This document shows, in pieces, positions 30,605 through 40,110 of a stretch of DNA of 64,000 nucleotides. The first letter of the stretch is position 1. The number at the start of each line of letters is the position of its first letter. The stretch spans positions 288,001-352,000 of the forward strand of contig JAWAKK010000002.1 in the NCBI GenBank assembly GCA_038887515.1. The letters are read 5' to 3'. Source of the stretch: Candidatus Nezhaarchaeales archaeon. GTDB lineage: Archaea > Thermoproteota > Methanomethylicia > Nezhaarchaeales > WYZ-LMO8. The notes beneath the pieces were generated by a model. That model saw only the letters and a list, made by a program, of their open reading frames with translations. It made no database searches and was not told the DNA's origin. The translations under genes were made by a program, and so were the position numbers.

Positions 30605-31326
30605 TCTAAACTTACTTCAAGATGTATCTTTCTTAAGTTTCTTGGAACCCCCTTCAGTATAGATACGAGTCCCTGTAGCATCTGAACTAATACCTTTGAA
30701 GTAAATTGGTTTAGTTGAACGTTCTCTCCGTTAACAATTAACTTTACGTTCTCTTTCCTCTTGGCGCACTTAAGTAGTGTCCCTTCACCCTTTGCTATGG
30801 CTTCAGCCAGCTCTCTACAATTGCTAAACCCGCACTGACCACAGTTATCCTGCGCAAGAGAGTTTAGGATATCTTTTATTAATCTTTCACGAACGATACC
30901 AATGAGATCGTCAGTCCTCATAACCTTATATTTCCAAGGGCCTTCAATTTCTTTTTCTATTTTTTCGGTCATAGGCACTATTGCCATGCTTTTAAGACCA
31001 AACTTTTTAACATCAGACATCGAGACCGCTGCCACAATGTAAGGGTCTTCTTCAAACCCATCGATTAGTGCTAAGCACCACCTCCCCGGAATAAGGCTCT
31101 TTACATCGTCTAGGCTGACTCTGAAGTTTGCTCTTATAAAAATTGAAGAGCCTATGGTACTCATGACCAATGTTATTTTGGGGCTATTGTAATCGTAATT
31201 GTAATCGTAGTCCCTAAATACCAATAGTACGCTGTAACCTTCTTTTCCTAGTTTATCGCCTAACTCGCTCATTAATCTCAATCTTGCCTCTCTTGTAGAG
31301 CCTACTATGCCAATTGCCGTCTTCAT
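30601..31326 (-). CDS. Degenerate MobB-like protein with a putative Fe-S domain
   Basis: NCGQCGFSNC...C and LIVNGENVQLNQF C-terminus; next to moaB/moaC. Confidence 0.7.
   Translation of the reverse strand: MKTAIGIVGSTREARLRLMSELGDKLGKEGYSVLLVFRDYDYNYDYNSPKITLVMSTIGSSIFIRANFRVSLDDVKSLIPGRWCLALIDGFEEDPYIVAAVSMSDVKKFGLKSMAIVPMTEKIEKEIEGPWKYKVMRTDDLIGIVRERLIKDILNSLAQDNCGQCGFSNCRELAEAIAKGEGTLLKCAKRKENVKLIVNGENVQLNQFTSKVLVQMLQGLVSILKGVPRNLRKIHLEVSLD
31186..31209. repeat. In-frame 12-bp tandem duplication (ATTGTAATCGTA x2)
   Basis: Encodes YDYN-YDYN on the minus strand. Confidence 0.8.
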
Positions 31327-31329
31327 GAT

Positions 31330-31860
31330 TTAGCTCCTTACATGAGCTATTATGTGACTTGCCTCGGGCAGTATTAACTTCTTAAGAGCTAACTCGACGG
31401 CGTGAGGTGAACCGGGTATTGAGAATATGACTGTTTCTCCGTATATACCAGCCGTTGCTCTTGTTAGCATAGCTGCGCTGCCTATCTCGTTATAGCTTAT
31501 GAACCTGAGGAGTTCTCCAAAGCCTGGAATCTTCTTCCTTAGCAGCTCTTCAACAGCTTCAATTGTTACATCCCTATTGCTCAAGCCTGTACCGCCAGTT
31601 GTTATTATAACATCAGGCTTTAAAGTCTCCGCAATTCTCTCTATCTCCTGCTTTATTATAGATGGATCGTTGGGAACTATAGATCTACCTTTAAATATAT
31701 GTCCGTGCTCTTCAACTATCTTCATGATCCTCATGCCATTTTCATCGTCTACTGCCTCTCCCTTCTTAAACTGATTATAGAACGTATCACTTGTCACTAT
31801 CACGTAGAAAGACACTTTTTGAGGTGCTTTCTTCTTGTGCTCGTCAGCTACTTTACTCAT
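31330..31860 (-). CDS. moaB: Molybdenum cofactor biosynthesis protein MoaB/MogA
   Basis: TSD, TTGGTG, DVTIEA, PGFGE, PGSP. Confidence 0.93.
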   Translation of the reverse strand: MSKVADEHKKKAPQKVSFYVIVTSDTFYNQFKKGEAVDDENGMRIMKIVEEHGHIFKGRSIVPNDPSIIKQEIERIAETLKPDVIITTGGTGLSNRDVTIEAVEELLRKKIPGFGELLRFISYNEIGSAAMLTRATAGIYGETVIFSIPGSPHAVELALKKLILPEASHIIAHVRS

Positions 31861-32312
31861 TTCAAGCCCTCCTTAACCTTGCTAATAACTCTTATAGTTG
31901 TTATCTCCGTGTAAGGGTACTGCCCTTTCTCGTCCTTCTCATACTTCTTAACCATATCCCACACGTTAAGTAAAGCTATGGCGGTAGCTACCAATGCCTC
32001 CATTTCAACACCAGTTTTCCCCACAGCCTTCACGGTCGTTCGAACCCTTACCCCGTTATCTTCTACGATTATCTTTACGGAGACGTTGGTAAGAGGGATC
32101 GGGTGGCATAGTGGTAATATTTCGGCTGTCTTTTTCGCCGCCAATATGGCGGCTATTTCCGTCGTCGAAAACAGATCCCCCTTTTCCACACCACTTTCGC
32201 GTATCCTCTTTATAGTTTCAGGCCTTAGCTTTACGAATCCCTCTGCCTCTGCCTCTCTATACACATCATCCTTTCCGGTTATATCAACCATGACTACTTT
32301 CATTTCTATCAC
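31857..32312 (-). CDS. moaC: Cyclic pyranopterin monophosphate synthase
   Basis: MVDIT, LPLCHP, TGVEMEAL, WDMVK. Confidence 0.96.
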   Translation of the reverse strand: MIEMKVVMVDITGKDDVYREAEAEGFVKLRPETIKRIRESGVEKGDLFSTTEIAAILAAKKTAEILPLCHPIPLTNVSVKIIVEDNGVRVRTTVKAVGKTGVEMEALVATAIALLNVWDMVKKYEKDEKGQYPYTEITTIRVISKVKEGLK

Positions 32313-32580
32313 CCATAGATTTGAATAGACACATTAAAACTTCGACTCGAGGGTCTCTTAGGTTGATCCTGAAAACCCTTATCCTTCCAAAAATTTTTTC
32401 CGTAATAATACCAGTCTTCTTCAAGTCCTCAAGGTGTCGCGTAACTGTTTTGTAGTTAACCTCAGCTTCCCTAGCTATGGCAGTTATATTAAGCTCCTCT
32501 TTTTCTATTAGAACTCTTAGTATCCTTACTCTTGCCTTAGAACCAAGTAGACTTTCTATGCTCAACCCCTTTTCCTCCAA
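32284..32580 (-). CDS. ArsR-like winged-helix protein
   Basis: LGSKARVRIL...LNITAIARE...HLEDL...FGRIR. Confidence 0.85.
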   Translation of the reverse strand: MEEKGLSIESLLGSKARVRILRVLIEKEELNITAIAREAEVNYKTVTRHLEDLKKTGIITEKIFGRIRVFRINLRDPRVEVLMCLFKSMGDRNESSHG

Positions 32581-33783
32581 TATCTTCAGCTATAAGCTTT
32601 GAAATCTCTTTTTCGAGTAAAAATGCCGGTATTATTGGTAAGCCTATAAGCGTCGTTCTACCTCTACCTACGCTGGTGACTTTGGTGGCTAAGAGGCCCA
32701 TTCTTTCTAAGCTCTTAATAATCTTCCAGAACTGCGTGTGCTTTTTGGCTTTAAGCCCCCAAAGCTCGCATTCACTTCGATACTTTTCTTCAAGACCTCC
32801 AATTCTTACGTATGCCATGCCTTTCTTTAACTCTTTTGCGAGAGCCAATAAAACTAATTTCTCGTCAACTAACAGGCTCTTTAAATCTTCAATCCTAATA
32901 GCTGGATGTATGAAGCTACTGGCTTCCCTTACATCGTCAGGAGTTACTTCTCCTCTCCCCCTAACGTCGGCTATCTTGCCAGCTCGCCATAGTAACTCTA
33001 TGGCAAGCCTAGCATCGCCACTACCTCCTCTATCGACACCAACATTGTCAGCTATGACCTCTAAGGCATCGTACGAAACCGCCCCTTCTCTAAACGCTAA
33101 CTTAACTCTTTCCTGTAAAATCGCGGCTATCTGATGAGAGGTGTAGGGCTCGAACTCTATTATGTTCCTTGTAAGGCTACTTTTGACAACATCGTCTAGT
33201 TCGTAAATAAAGTCTTTGCTCCTCGAAATAAGGATCAATCCTACTTTAACGTTGCTATCGTCATGTCCTTCAAGTATCCTAACTAAGTTGTAGAGAGAAT
33301 CTTGTCCAGCCGTCTTTACGAAGTAGTGAATTTCGTCAAGTACTAATATCGTTGAAACTTGCTTTTCTTCAAGCAGCAGAACTATTATTTTAAGAATTTC
33401 TTGTGGAGATAATCCTCTACTAGGCATCGATGGTGCTAAAGTCTCTATAATTCTTTGGCTTATGAGAAAAAGGGTTCTCTCACGATAACAATTTACGTAC
33501 GTGAACTTGAAACTTTTATTTCTCTTCTTAAATTCTTCTTCCACGATTTTCCCAAAAAGTTTAGCAGTTGCCGTTTTTCCAGTCCCAACATTCCCGATCA
33601 AGAGGGCTTTTTGACAAAAACCCCCTCTCCTTCAATCATGTATCTAAAGAAGTTCGTCAACGTCTTCAACTGTCCTTCTCTATAAGGTAAGCTTGGAGGT
33701 ATGTACTCAAACGAGAGGGCCTTTTCGTTTTTAAATACTGACTTAGCTATTAAATTCAGGTCTTCAGAGTTCATGCGTAGCAC
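32537..33783 (-). CDS. cdc6: Orc1/Cdc6 replication initiator, split by a 1-nt frameshift near 33608-33625
   Basis: SVFKNEKALSFEYIPPSLPYRE in one frame; GNVGTGKT, VNC, LDE and GDAR in the next. Confidence 0.9.
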
Positions 33784-33849
33784 CGCATACTACTTATCAT
33801 ATCATCCTTCGACGTCAATATAAACCCACAAATCGGTAGGACGAATAGT

Positions 33850-34302
33850 TTATGTTCGACACTGGTCCTCAATTAATGACAACCCTGCAACGTCCCAAAC
33901 GACTTCAATAATGAGCGTCCTATCTCCGCCAATAAGCTTAAGGCTATCCATTACGATATTGGATAGTTCATTTTCACTGACTCTAAGGTAATCTCCGCGT
34001 ACCCTACTTTCGACCTTCACTTCTTTTAAGCCTCCTAGGACTCTACGGGCCGAAGCTACGATATCTCTAATTCTTGTTGGAGAAGCGTCATCAAACTTCA
34101 CTAACCTATGGACCCTCGTAAGTTTATTCAGTAGAAGTTCCACCAATTGACGGCCTGGCAATCTTGACCATAGAAGTACGATACCTCTCTTATTGAAAGC
34201 CCTTACGTAAGCATTTACGTCGTAAGGAAACACAGCGTCGATGATCTCCCATGCCGTCCAGCGTTCCTTGCCTACATCAGTAGTTGCCATAAGTCTCCAC
34301 AT
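33850..34302 (-). CDS. THUMP-like hypothetical protein
   Basis: LMATTDVGKE N-terminus, VESRVRG, IIEVV; 150-aa ORF. Confidence 0.6.
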   Translation of the reverse strand: MWRLMATTDVGKERWTAWEIIDAVFPYDVNAYVRAFNKRGIVLLWSRLPGRQLVELLLNKLTRVHRLVKFDDASPTRIRDIVASARRVLGGLKEVKVESRVRGDYLRVSENELSNIVMDSLKLIGGDRTLIIEVVWDVAGLSLIEDQCRT

Positions 34303-34353
34303 GGTTGGAAACCTATATCTTTAAAGCGGGGCAGGGAAAAAAGGTATCTATAG

Positions 34354-34410
34354 AATGATGAAAGGGTAGGTTTGCGAGGCAATCGATGAACTTCAACCCC
34401 GATGCTGATG
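34354..34410 (+). ncRNA. C/D-box guide sRNA
   Basis: ATGATGA (34355) - AAGGGTAGGTTT - GCGA - TCGATGA - guide - CTGA (34405), intergenic. Confidence 0.7.
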
Positions 34411-34437
34411 ATCCCTTTTTAGGTTGTGTGAGGAATC

Positions 34438-35514
34438 GTGTTGTGCTACGTGCTGACAACGGGTAAGTGTAACTTAAAATGCGATTACTGTGGAGGTAGT
34501 TTTCCTGAAAGTCTTGTACCTTCAACAATAAAGTATGGAGTAATAGATTTGAATAACTTTCTAAGTTGCGTCGAAAACGTTACGATAGCTTTTTACGGAG
34601 GAGAACCACTCATAAACTCCTCATGGATAATGAAGGTTATGAATAGAGTAGAGGCAAAGCACTACGTGATTCAAACTAACGGTCTCTTGATAGACAAACT
34701 CCCCATGGACTACTGGCTTCGCATGAGCGCGGTCCTTCTTTCAATCGACGGAGTGGAAGAGACAACCGACGCTCATAGAGGTAAAGGGGTTTATAAGGCT
34801 ATCATTGAAGCGGCCAAGAAACTTCGAAGCATGTGCTACGAGGGGGACATAATAGCCAGGATGACCCTAACCGAGTCAAGTGACGTCTATAGGGACGTCT
34901 TGCACCTTTTATCTCTAGAAATTTTCGACCATGTCCATTGGCAATTAAATGCCGTTTGGAACCCTAACATGATAGCTTTCAAGCGTTGGGCGACGCGCGA
35001 CTACATACCTAAGCTTAAAGCTTTGGTGGACTTATGGACTTTTAGGGCATTAAAAGGCGAGATCTTGGGGATAGCCCCATTTAAGGCCCTTTCTTATGCA
35101 ATGATAAAGGGCCTTGATCTAGGAAGCCCTCCATGTGGTGCTGGTTGGGCCTCCTTAGCTATAAACACCAATGGTGACGTCCTAGCCTGTCCGATAGCAG
35201 TTGATGTAAAGTGGGCTAGACTTGGAAATGTAAGAGAGTCTTCATGCAATGATCTTCTCGGAGTAGTAAGGATAGGAGAGCCTTGTGTGAGCTGCAACTA
35301 TAACAATTTATGTGGAGGTCGTTGCCTATATGCTTATTACGAGAGGTTATGGGGAGATGAAGGTTTCGGCTTGATGTGTGAAGTCTCTCGAGCACTTATA
35401 GATAAGCTTCGCCAAGTTAAGCCGGTCATAGAGAAGGCATTGAAGAGTAACGGTGCAAATCTGGAATCTTTAAGGTATCCAACTTTCCCAAATAGCATCG
35501 AGATAATACCTTAA
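34438..35514 (+). CDS. Radical SAM/SPASM protein (AF0577/TIGR04084-like)
   Basis: TTGKCNLKCDYCGGS, FYGGEPL, VHWQL, CGAG, CGGRC, EIIP end. Confidence 0.88.
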   Translation: MLCYVLTTGKCNLKCDYCGGSFPESLVPSTIKYGVIDLNNFLSCVENVTIAFYGGEPLINSSWIMKVMNRVEAKHYVIQTNGLLIDKLPMDYWLRMSAVLLSIDGVEETTDAHRGKGVYKAIIEAAKKLRSMCYEGDIIARMTLTESSDVYRDVLHLLSLEIFDHVHWQLNAVWNPNMIAFKRWATRDYIPKLKALVDLWTFRALKGEILGIAPFKALSYAMIKGLDLGSPPCGAGWASLAINTNGDVLACPIAVDVKWARLGNVRESSCNDLLGVVRIGEPCVSCNYNNLCGGRCLYAYYERLWGDEGFGLMCEVSRALIDKLRQVKPVIEKALKSNGANLESLRYPTFPNSIEIIP

Positions 35515-35622
35515 ACTTTATTATAAGTCGCCCGTCCCGCCTCTATAGGGTCGCATCTTCAATTTAACTCGACGGCTTCACCATACGCTCGAGCTTCTCT
35601 CGCCTCTTCTTAAACGTCAGAT

Positions 35623-35679
35623 GGCTCAGCACTCAAGATCCTCTTCATCAGGGTCATAGAGGCCAGAGTCATCATTGCC
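35623..35679 (-). ncRNA. C/D-box guide sRNA, predicted guide for tRNA-Leu(CAA) Cm34
   Basis: Minus strand GGC-A-ATGATGA...TGATGAAGA-GGATCTTGAGTG-CTGA-GCC with a terminal stem. Confidence 0.8.
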
Positions 35680-35714
35680 TAAATAAAATACCTCTTCCTC
35701 CTCCTCAAAATTCT

Positions 35715-36380
35715 TTACTCCCTATTATAAGGGCATACCCTTTGGCACTGTGAACATAGGATTAAAGTCCTTTCGGTAGGCTTTTTTAGAAGCTTTGAGG
35801 CGACTTCTACAACGTCTTCGTCCACCTCTCTCGGTGGGGGAGATAAGGAGTTCACGCACCTCCTTGAGTCAACCTTGTAGGGCACCCTTATGGCTTGTAG
35901 GGGGCATGCCTTCATGCATGCATCGCATTTACCACATAAATCTTCTTCAAATGGCAAGTCAGGTTCAATATCGGCATCAGTAATAACGCATGTAAATCTA
36001 ATCTTAGAGCCAAAACGCGGATTTACAATTAACGAATTTTTGCCGTAACATCCAGCCCCAGCCTTAACAGCTATTTGCTTTAAAGGTAGATCGTAAGGCA
36101 CATGTTTAGCTTTGAATCCTAAGTCCCTTAAATAAAGGCATAGTTTAAGCGCTTTTCCTGTTAGGATAAGCTCATAAACATAGTAAACGTCAATACTGCC
36201 ATCTTTCACCCTAAAGATGGCCATGTCAAATGCCTCGTCCCAAACTTCGATCCCCAACAATATTATAGTTCTAGCCCAAGCTTCGACAAAATCTTTAAAG
36301 TCTTTTACCGAAGCGAAACCCACGAACTCAAGACCTAAAACTTCAATGGCATATCCACGAAGCTCCTCTTTCAAGGACAT
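35715..36380 (-). CDS. QueG-like 2x[4Fe-4S] protein (COG1600)
   Basis: AGAGCYGKN, GSKIRF, CGKCDACMKACP, CSQCQRVCP. Confidence 0.85.
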   Translation of the reverse strand: MSLKEELRGYAIEVLGLEFVGFASVKDFKDFVEAWARTIILLGIEVWDEAFDMAIFRVKDGSIDVYYVYELILTGKALKLCLYLRDLGFKAKHVPYDLPLKQIAVKAGAGCYGKNSLIVNPRFGSKIRFTCVITDADIEPDLPFEEDLCGKCDACMKACPLQAIRVPYKVDSRRCVNSLSPPPREVDEDVVEVASKLLKKPTERTLILCSQCQRVCPYNRE

Positions 36381-36519
36381 GAAATCAGCCTCAAACCCTA
36401 TCCTTAAACTATCTAAGCATTATTATGAAGTAACTTAATAAATCCTATTGAAAGGACCTTAAAAGACGCGGTTAGCTTAACATAGAACTGGTTTGAGGAA
36501 TTACCCCTAATGGTTAAGG

Positions 36520-36607
36520 TGGTGCGGGGGGTGGGATTTGAACCCACGCAGGCCTACGCCACAGGGTCCTAAGCCCTGCGCCTTTGACCTAGCTCGGCCA
36601 CCCCCGC
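36520..36607 (-). tRNA. tRNA-Leu(TAG), CCA encoded
   Basis: CAGGG CT TAG GA CCCTG with a long variable arm. Confidence 0.96.
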
Positions 36608-36675
36608 TTGTCCCTCTTGTGTGTATAGCGTTTGATATTTATTTTTGTTTTATGTTGTTGAGGGACAGACAGGCC

Positions 36676-37571
36676 GTGAAAGCCATTATTTCTAGAGACG
36701 TATGGAAGACGTATAAGAATGGTGTGACAGCTCTGAAAGGAGTTTCATTTAGCGTAGATAAGGGTAAGGTAGTCGCAATCTTGGGGAGGAATGGTGCTGG
36801 TAAGACTACTTGGATAAAAATAGCTTCTACTCAACTTCTACCTACTCAAGGAACAGTTGAGATCTTGGGATATGACGTCGTCTCTAACCCTTGGAATGTA
36901 AGAGAGCTCATCGCTACAGTCCCTCAAGAGGGATCTCCGCTAGACGTACTAACTCCTTTCGAATTCGTATATTCATACCTTTTGATTAGGGGTTATGAGA
37001 GAGCCGAGGCTAAGGAGAGGAGCTACGAGGTTCTTGAACTCTTAGAGCTCAAACCTTACGAGAAAGTTACTATCGGCGAGCTTTCTGGCGGGCTTAAGAG
37101 AAGAGTGATGGTTGCAACAGTGCTAGCCTCTGGGGCTGAAGTCATGTTCTTAGATGAGCCTACCACGGGGCTTGACCCCCTAGCCCGAAGAAGTGTCTGG
37201 AAGGCTTTAAGGGAGGCTAAGAGGCTTGGTGGAACTATGCTTTTGACGACCCACTATATGGATGAGGTCGAGAGCTTAGCCGACAACATTGTCATAATTC
37301 ATGACGGTAAGCTCATGTTCACGGGATCCATAGAGGATGCTAGAAAGCTATCGGTTACAAGCTTAAGGTCGAGGTTTACGGCGAACTAGAAGCTGGAGGC
37401 TACGATTATTTGAATATTAGAGGTACGACTATTTTTTATGTCGAGGATGGCGAGGCTGAAGAAATCCTCAAGAAAGCTATGGCGAGAGGTTATGATGCAA
37501 CAATAAGGGCCACAAGCCTTGAAGACTTATTCATTAGATTGACAGGTGAGAAGATTGAGGAAGGGAGTTAA
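36676..37571 (+). CDS. ABC transporter ATP-binding protein with an apparent 1-nt frameshift near 37345
   Basis: GRNGAGKTT, LSGG, LDEPT; typical SLEDLFIRLTG C-terminus lies in the -1 frame. Confidence 0.85.
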
Positions 37572-38307
37572 TAGGCAGTTGGTCGCAATATTGACGATAA
37601 CGTGGGTTGACGGCGTTTTAGCGTTGAAGAGGGTCCCGCTTTGGGTCATCTCGTACCTGTTAATGCCGATGACCTTACTATTTTTCTCGTCCATATATGG
37701 AAACGGCTCGATGTCGAGGTTCGCAATTATAGGAGGAATAATAATGATAGCTGCTAGCAACGGCGTGGCAGTGCTTGGAGATGCGGCGTTTTATAGGATT
37801 TACATCAAATTTCAAGACCTGTTGGTAGCAACCCCCATAAGGCCCTTAAGCTATATAATGGGGTTATCGCTATCCATGCTTATCTTTGCCGCACCGGGGC
37901 TAGCCCTCTTCATAGCGTTGGCGTGGCTTTCGGGGATGCTAACATCGCTCTTCTCGCTGGTTCTAGTAGCATGTTTGGCAATGGTATGGGCATCTTCGTC
38001 CTTCATGGGCTTCATGGTATCAACGTTCTTTCATCACTTAAGGCATGTATGGCCACTCGCGTCAATATTATCGCTCTCACTAAGTATTTTACCTCCAGTA
38101 TACTATCCAGCCACTATATTCCCACAGGGTTACCAGTGGATCGGAGCGCTAGCCCCTACAGGGGCAGCAGCTATGATTCTACACAGTGTAGCAGGTCTAA
38201 TTGAGCTAGAAACTTCAGCCCTAGTTGTATCGATAGTGTCCTTGATTTCCTACACCATGTTGTTCATGTTACTTTCTCTATTTAAAATTAGGTGGAGAGA
38301 AAAGTAG
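37546..38307 (+). CDS. ABC-2 type permease
   Basis: About six TM segments, LVATPI, PPVYYP; follows the ATPase. Confidence 0.88.
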   Translation: MRRLRKGVNRQLVAILTITWVDGVLALKRVPLWVISYLLMPMTLLFFSSIYGNGSMSRFAIIGGIIMIAASNGVAVLGDAAFYRIYIKFQDLLVATPIRPLSYIMGLSLSMLIFAAPGLALFIALAWLSGMLTSLFSLVLVACLAMVWASSSFMGFMVSTFFHHLRHVWPLASILSLSLSILPPVYYPATIFPQGYQWIGALAPTGAAAMILHSVAGLIELETSALVVSIVSLISYTMLFMLLSLFKIRWREK

Positions 38308-38634
38308 CTAAACGCCCTCAATAACATATTTAAGAACTCTAGCGATGTAGGTGCCGTTCGTCGTTCTGTAATACCAAGCTGGCTGGAAGGGGTCTTCTCC
38401 TTTACTAGCCACGTTAACGGCTGTTTTCCAGCACTTTTCTAGGACCTTTCTCGTTATTACGCGGACACTACCGGTGGACTCCAATTTAATAAAAAGGGCG
38501 TCGCCATCAATCCAAGCAGTAAACTTAGATCTGCCTGTAGGTGAGGAAAGCTCAAGAGGTTTAGAGAAAAGTGCAGATATTAGAGACCACACGTCCTCAA
38601 AATCCATGCCAACTATCTTGTTATTTAAGCTCAT
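38308..38634 (-). CDS. Hypothetical protein
   Basis: 108-aa ORF with ATG start and globular composition. Confidence 0.6.
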   Translation of the reverse strand: MSLNNKIVGMDFEDVWSLISALFSKPLELSSPTGRSKFTAWIDGDALFIKLESTGSVRVITRKVLEKCWKTAVNVASKGEDPFQPAWYYRTTNGTYIARVLKYVIEGV

Positions 38635-38878
38635 AATAATCTAAAAAATAATAACAGTAATACCTTAAAGAAGATTTTTGCAAGTAGCGTTGGCTAGACT
38701 AGATGTGCTAAAATCGATTACATAGAGATCAAGTTGGTTTAGACGTAAATGGAACGGGTTCGTAAAGTTGAGATAGGATATTTAAAGAGGCAAGGTGTAC
38801 AGTCAACGTATACTTGAGCTTTTGAGTGTAGGATCATAGGTTACCTTTATACCTACCTGGACAAAATAAAAAGGCACA

Positions 38879-38953
38879 GCCCCCGTAGTATAGCCCGGTC
38901 AAGTATGCAGGCCTCTCGAGCCTGCGGCCCGGGTTCAAATCCCGGCGGGGGCA
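38879..38953 (+). tRNA. tRNA-Glu(CTC)
   Basis: GCCCCCG...CAGGC CT CTC GA GCCTG...CGGGGGCA. Confidence 0.96.
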
Positions 38954-39226
38954 CTAAAGATAAAATTATTTTGAAAGTTCTATCAGTCCATCATCAAATT
39001 ATGAATTTCAAACCTATGATTAAACTTTATGAAGGCTAGAAATTTTAGGTGTTAAATGCAGATTACCGTTTTACTAGACGTTAAGGTGAAGAACTTTTAA
39101 ATACGTATGTTGTGATGTATAACTCCTCCACGAGAGGGTTGAAGTCATGGGTATCACTATACTTAAAACTTTTATTGAGGCCGTACACGCGTCGTTTGGT
39201 TGCGAGGTTTTTGGAGTTGAGCTAAG

Positions 39227-39802
39227 TTGATTGACGACATTGTTAGAGCATTCATATCGCTATTCGTAATCATGAACCCCTTCGCCAGCATTCCAATATT
39301 CCTAGCGGTTGCAAAGGAAAAAGACGTAAATAAAGCTACAACACAAGCAGTATCGGTTGCAGCCGCCGTTCTATTTACATTCTTGTTCTTCGGCCCTTTG
39401 GTACTAGCAGCTTTTGGCATAACGCTCAATTCCTTAAAGGTGGCAGGCGGTCTAGTGCTTGGAATTTTAGGCATTCAGCTCGTACTTGGGCAGAAACTCT
39501 TTGAAAAGGATAAGAAGTATCCTCCTGCCCTAACTTTAATAGGAACTCCTATGCTAACTGGACCAGGAGTTATAACCATGACTATGATCCTTACTAAGGA
39601 ATATGGTTACATAGTAACTACATGCGCTGCTGTAGCGTCCTTAACCCTAAGTTGGCTTGTGCTAAGAGCCTCAGGCTTCATAGAGAGGGCCGTGGGAGGG
39701 AATGTGATAGATATAGTGTCAAGAGTCATGGGGCTCTTAGTAACCGCTACGGCAGTCGAGCTAGTTGTAGGCGGGATCACGGCTATGCTCAAGGGGGTTT
39801 AG
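39227..39802 (+). CDS. MarC-family membrane protein
   Basis: LFVIMNPF, VAGGLVL, TPMLTGPG, SRVMGLL. Confidence 0.92.
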   Translation: MIDDIVRAFISLFVIMNPFASIPIFLAVAKEKDVNKATTQAVSVAAAVLFTFLFFGPLVLAAFGITLNSLKVAGGLVLGILGIQLVLGQKLFEKDKKYPPALTLIGTPMLTGPGVITMTMILTKEYGYIVTTCAAVASLTLSWLVLRASGFIERAVGGNVIDIVSRVMGLLVTATAVELVVGGITAMLKGV

Positions 39803-40110
39803 AACGTCCCGACGCTAATTATTTAGGCGAATAACCACTTTGGCTGTTGCTGTTAGATATTTTACCGCTTCTTTGGGCAATAACGCTCACTTTATACTTA
39901 AAGCTCTTGTACTTGTTGAGGTTCTCAAAACTTTTGCCCGCTTTAGTTCGCCAGGCAGAACTAATAAACCATAGCCTGATGTCCTATACCGATGTTATGG
40001 CTCAAGTAGTATTGGTTTAGATTAAGTTTATTATAAGGTTTTTCTGATCTTAACCTTCATTGGTATGATTTATTTTATTGTTCAGGCATTACTTCTACCG
40101 GTGTTTGGTT

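Noticed and set aside
33783-33850. Replication origin (ORB boxes) upstream of cdc6
   Set aside because: Short intergenic region with no recognisable TCCA-N-TGGAA/G-string repeats
35626-35722. Acidic minus-strand reading FEEEEEVFYLGNDDSGLYDPDEEDLEC* as a precursor peptide for the 34438 radical SAM enzyme
   Set aside because: No start codon after the in-frame TAA TAG; the sequence is better explained as a C/D sRNA
36538-36675. N-terminal extension of the ABC ATPase given in the ORF track
   Set aside because: Overlaps antisense tRNA-Leu; GTG 36676 is the plausible start
39105-39165. Possible C/D sRNA starting GTGATGT
   Set aside because: No terminal CTGA box
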